Below are positions 61,512 to 64,000 of a stretch of DNA of 64,000 nucleotides, in pieces. Below the pieces are notes generated by a model that was not told where the DNA came from, did not search any database, and was given only the letters and a program-made list of their open reading frames with translations. A program made the position numbers and the translations under genes. The stretch is from an uncultured Thermodesulfobacteriota bacterium (GTDB lineage: Bacteria > Desulfobacterota > CAZCTP01), in NCBI GenBank assembly GCA_964501575.1, contig CAZCTP010000001.1, forward strand, positions 21,566 through 85,565. Reading direction: 5' to 3'. Positions within the stretch are counted from its first letter, which is position 1. Every line of letters starts with the position of its first letter.

Positions 61512-61993
61512 TCAAATAGTAAGAAATAGTTTGTAAATATCATCTCATTTATTGAAGATAAATTCTATTAGATAAGATTCTATCTCTATCCTTTTTAGTA
61601 TAGCTTCTCGTAAGACTATCATTAGTCATATCTCAAAGACTTCACCTGGTTTATAATCGCACTTTGATATCTATCACTATAAAAATAACCCTCTGTACCA
61701 TTCTTGCTCTGAGTCTTTTAATTTCCTTCTAAACCTTTTCATTATTATCTGCAAAAAAAGCTATTTCTTCAAAAAACATCCTTCTGTCCTTAATCATATT
61801 CAAGAATATAAAAAAATATCATTCTATTTCAAGAATTGTTTTTATTATTGAGACATGTTAGAATCATGGTAGAAATATTTTGCTACTAAGAGATCCTATT
61901 AAAATGCAAGCTACCGCCCTTTTTATTTTTACAATCTTTTGAAAATACTTTTATATTAACTTCTTACCATATCTTAAACACAAATTGTAGTTT

Positions 61994-62022
61994 ATTTTAA
62001 TATACGTAATAAATATTGTCAA
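61994..62022 (-). promoter_or_regulatory. Putative sigma70 promoter reading towards the glycan locus
   Basis: On the minus strand: TTGACA (62022-62017), 17 bp, TAAAAT (61999-61994). Confidence 0.55.
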
Positions 62023-62035
62023 GAATAAAGGGTCT

Positions 62036-62583
62036 CTGGACTCCCCCCAAAATTTTTAGCAATACTGGATAGCGAGAAGAATACCTATCTTTAACTTCTT
62101 CCCCAATCCTACACTAACAAAATGAAATACTGCCTGCACTAAGGCTACCATATTTCTTAAACCAGTGTAACTTAAAACCCTTATGTCTTCTAAATTATAT
62201 GCCTGTTTGATAAGACGGTAACTCTCTTCACACTTCCATCGAGTAAGATATATATCTAAAACCTTAATGATAGATCCTCCATCTTCCTCGCATAAGGCTT
62301 ATCTATATCAGAAATATCTAAAGCAATTACTGTATCTTCTCTTACTTTCTTAGCACCTTCTTTTACTAATTTCCTGTTTATCCAATCTGAGCTTTTATCT
62401 TTCCAGCAATTTTACTATCATTTCCCATAATTCTCTTCCCCTAATTTTAATAGTTTCCCTAAAATTTCTCCTTTATTTACTCTTAATATATGAAAAACCT
62501 TAATTTCCACTTCTTATTCTCTATTTGTTTATACAATTCAATACCTTATATCATGTTTATCCAAATTTTTGGGGAAAGTCCAG
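62036..62583 (-). mobile_element. Internally deleted IS4-family-like element (548 bp) with terminal inverted repeats
   Basis: Ends CTGGACTCCCCCCAAAATTTT and the reverse complement CTGGACTTTCCCCAAAAATTT (18/21 match). Minus-strand fragments TVIALDISDIDKPYARKM and YLTRWKCEESYRLIKQAYNLEDIRV are DDE transposase motifs. Confidence 0.8.
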
Positions 62584-62641
62584 AAATTTATTGTGGGATT
62601 GATGAAATGGTTATGATTTAAAATTAGAATAAATTAAAAAA

Positions 62642-63238
62642 TCATAAGGATGAGATACCAATTGTTAGATAGATTGTTATACCTTTGCGAACCATCATCA
62701 CAGCTATGGCAGCGAGGATAAGACTGGATAGTTTGGATATTGTTCTGGTTCCAGACTTCCCCAAGACTCTATTTATAGGATCTGACAATCTAAATACAAT
62801 GCCCGCAATAAATATATTTACTACAGTGGCGGATACAGTTGGTATGAGTCCATTTTCATTTACAAGTAGAATAATTGTAGTGAGTACTGCTGGACCTACT
62901 ATCAGGGGAACTCCCAGAGGAACAGCTCCCAGACTTTCGGAGTCAATACTTTGAGGTGATTTTTCAGCCGCAAGTAGATCATTTAAGGATATTACAAAAA
63001 GAAGTATACCGCCTGCTATCATAAAGTCAGCAACGGTTATATTAAGAAGTGATAGAACAATTTTACCGATAGCAAGAAATATTAAAGCTACAATAGTAGC
63101 TGTGATAATAGATTGCCATATAATACGATTTATTTTAGACTTTTCCAAGCCGTATGTTAACCCCATAAAGATTGGTAATAAGCCCAATGCATCTACTGCT
63201 ACGAATAAAGGGACAAAACAGATCCAGAATTTAAGCAT
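62642..63238 (-). CDS. marC: MarC-family inner membrane protein
   Basis: FVAVDALGLLPIF, FMIAGGILLF, AVPLGVPLIVGPAVLTT. Confidence 0.92.
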   Translation of the reverse strand: MLKFWICFVPLFVAVDALGLLPIFMGLTYGLEKSKINRIIWQSIITATIVALIFLAIGKIVLSLLNITVADFMIAGGILLFVISLNDLLAAEKSPQSIDSESLGAVPLGVPLIVGPAVLTTIILLVNENGLIPTVSATVVNIFIAGIVFRLSDPINRVLGKSGTRTISKLSSLILAAIAVMMVRKGITIYLTIGISSL

Positions 63239-63317
63239 ATTCCTATATTACATCCTTTCATGGTATTCTATAGATCATTAATCTATTTACAATTAAAATA
63301 AATTATACTATTATAAA

Positions 63318-63890
63318 ATGACTAAAACAAATGTTAATTTCAGAGAAATGGGCGTTAAAGAAGATATAGAACTTCTGAATGATAAGATAAATCAGTTAAG
63401 GATTGAATATGAGAAGTATTTTATAGGAAGTAATAAAGCAGAACCTCTTTCTTTAAAAAGAGAGGTTGAGAGATTGATAAAAAGATATGGCAATAGATTT
63501 ATTGAAAATACAGCTTTAAGGTTTAGATATAATGGACTTGTAGCCAAGTTTAACACTTACAATCAATATTGGGAAAGGAAGGTAAAAAATATATATGAAG
63601 AAGGAAGATTCCAAGGAGATATTGCTAAATTCAAGCCAAAAAAAATTATATCAGATAAAGCCCCCAAAACATTAATAGCTGAGGATAAGGTCAAAAAACT
63701 TTATTCTGAATATATAGAAGCCAGGATTTTATGTAACGAGCCTGTAGATAATATAAATTATGAAAGGATAAAGTCTATAATTGAAAAGGAAATTCCTTCT
63801 GTTATCGAGAAATATAATTGCAAGGATATTGATCTTAAAGTAAAGATAGAAAATAATCACGCAAAAATAAAGATCATTCCTAAAAAGTGA
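63318..63890 (+). CDS. Hypothetical protein, MXAN_5187 C-terminal-domain-like
   Basis: LRIEYEKYFIG...EP, NTALRFRYNGLVAKFNTYNQYWERK, C-terminal KIENNHAKIKI; family recalled from memory. Confidence 0.65.
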   Translation: MTKTNVNFREMGVKEDIELLNDKINQLRIEYEKYFIGSNKAEPLSLKREVERLIKRYGNRFIENTALRFRYNGLVAKFNTYNQYWERKVKNIYEEGRFQGDIAKFKPKKIISDKAPKTLIAEDKVKKLYSEYIEARILCNEPVDNINYERIKSIIEKEIPSVIEKYNCKDIDLKVKIENNHAKIKIIPKK

Positions 63891-64000
63891 TTCAGAGAAT
63901 ATTTAGATTAAGGGATAATAGGACAGACTTAAAAACCGAGATTATTGCTGGTATTACAACATTTATGACCATGTCCTATATAATATTTGTTCAACCAGCT
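63887..64000 (+). CDS. NCS2/AzgA-family nucleobase permease, 3'-partial
   Basis: GTG start overlapping the upstream TGA. IFRLRDNRTDLKTEIIAGITTFMTMSYIIFVQPA is the typical NCS2 N-terminus. Confidence 0.85.
   Translation, partial: MIQRIFRLRDNRTDLKTEIIAGITTFMTMSYIIFVQPA

Overview
This is an AT-rich bacterial chromosome segment with no rRNA, tRNA or CRISPR array that I could find. The gene set looks deltaproteobacterial (Desulfobacterota-like, by inference): split atp operon, ahbA, an MglA-like GTPase and an MXAN_5187-like protein. From left to right: (1) a 5'-partial TtrA-family molybdoenzyme, then two porin genes with an identical 1.15-kb core that bracket a CxxC periplasmic protein and a transglutaminase-like protein; (2) ahbA and atpF'FHAGDC, a small conserved ORF and a frameshifted nfo; (3) a co-directional 16.3-35.5 kb catabolic cluster with a small unannotated ORF, a PaaK-like CoA ligase, two HmfA/CoxL-like Mo-hydroxylase large subunits around a CrtI-like flavoprotein, a hydantoinase/oxoprolinase A+B pair, a PadBCD-like Mo-bisPGD complex, a MoaD-like protein, an HcrA-like subunit and an amidohydrolase. 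No [2Fe-2S] or FAD partner subunits are present, and the cluster lies between two 54-bp direct repeats that each sit 22 bp before a TTGACA box; (4) surface-protein genes: a GspC-like protein with 63-bp repeats, a double DUF1566 protein with FG-GAP-like repeats, and a frameshifted SBBP protein; (5) glmU-glmS-pcrA and an MglA-like GTPase with an acidic tail; (6) a 14-gene minus-strand glycan locus (7 GT4, 4 methyltransferases, radical SAM, DegT-type aminotransferase, MurJ-like flippase); (7) an internally deleted IS4-like element, marC, an MXAN_5187-like gene and the start of an NCS2 permease. The best candidate for an undescribed system is the catabolic cluster, read as a putative anaerobic N-heteroaromatic degradation pathway. 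All family calls come from motif recognition by eye, not database searches.
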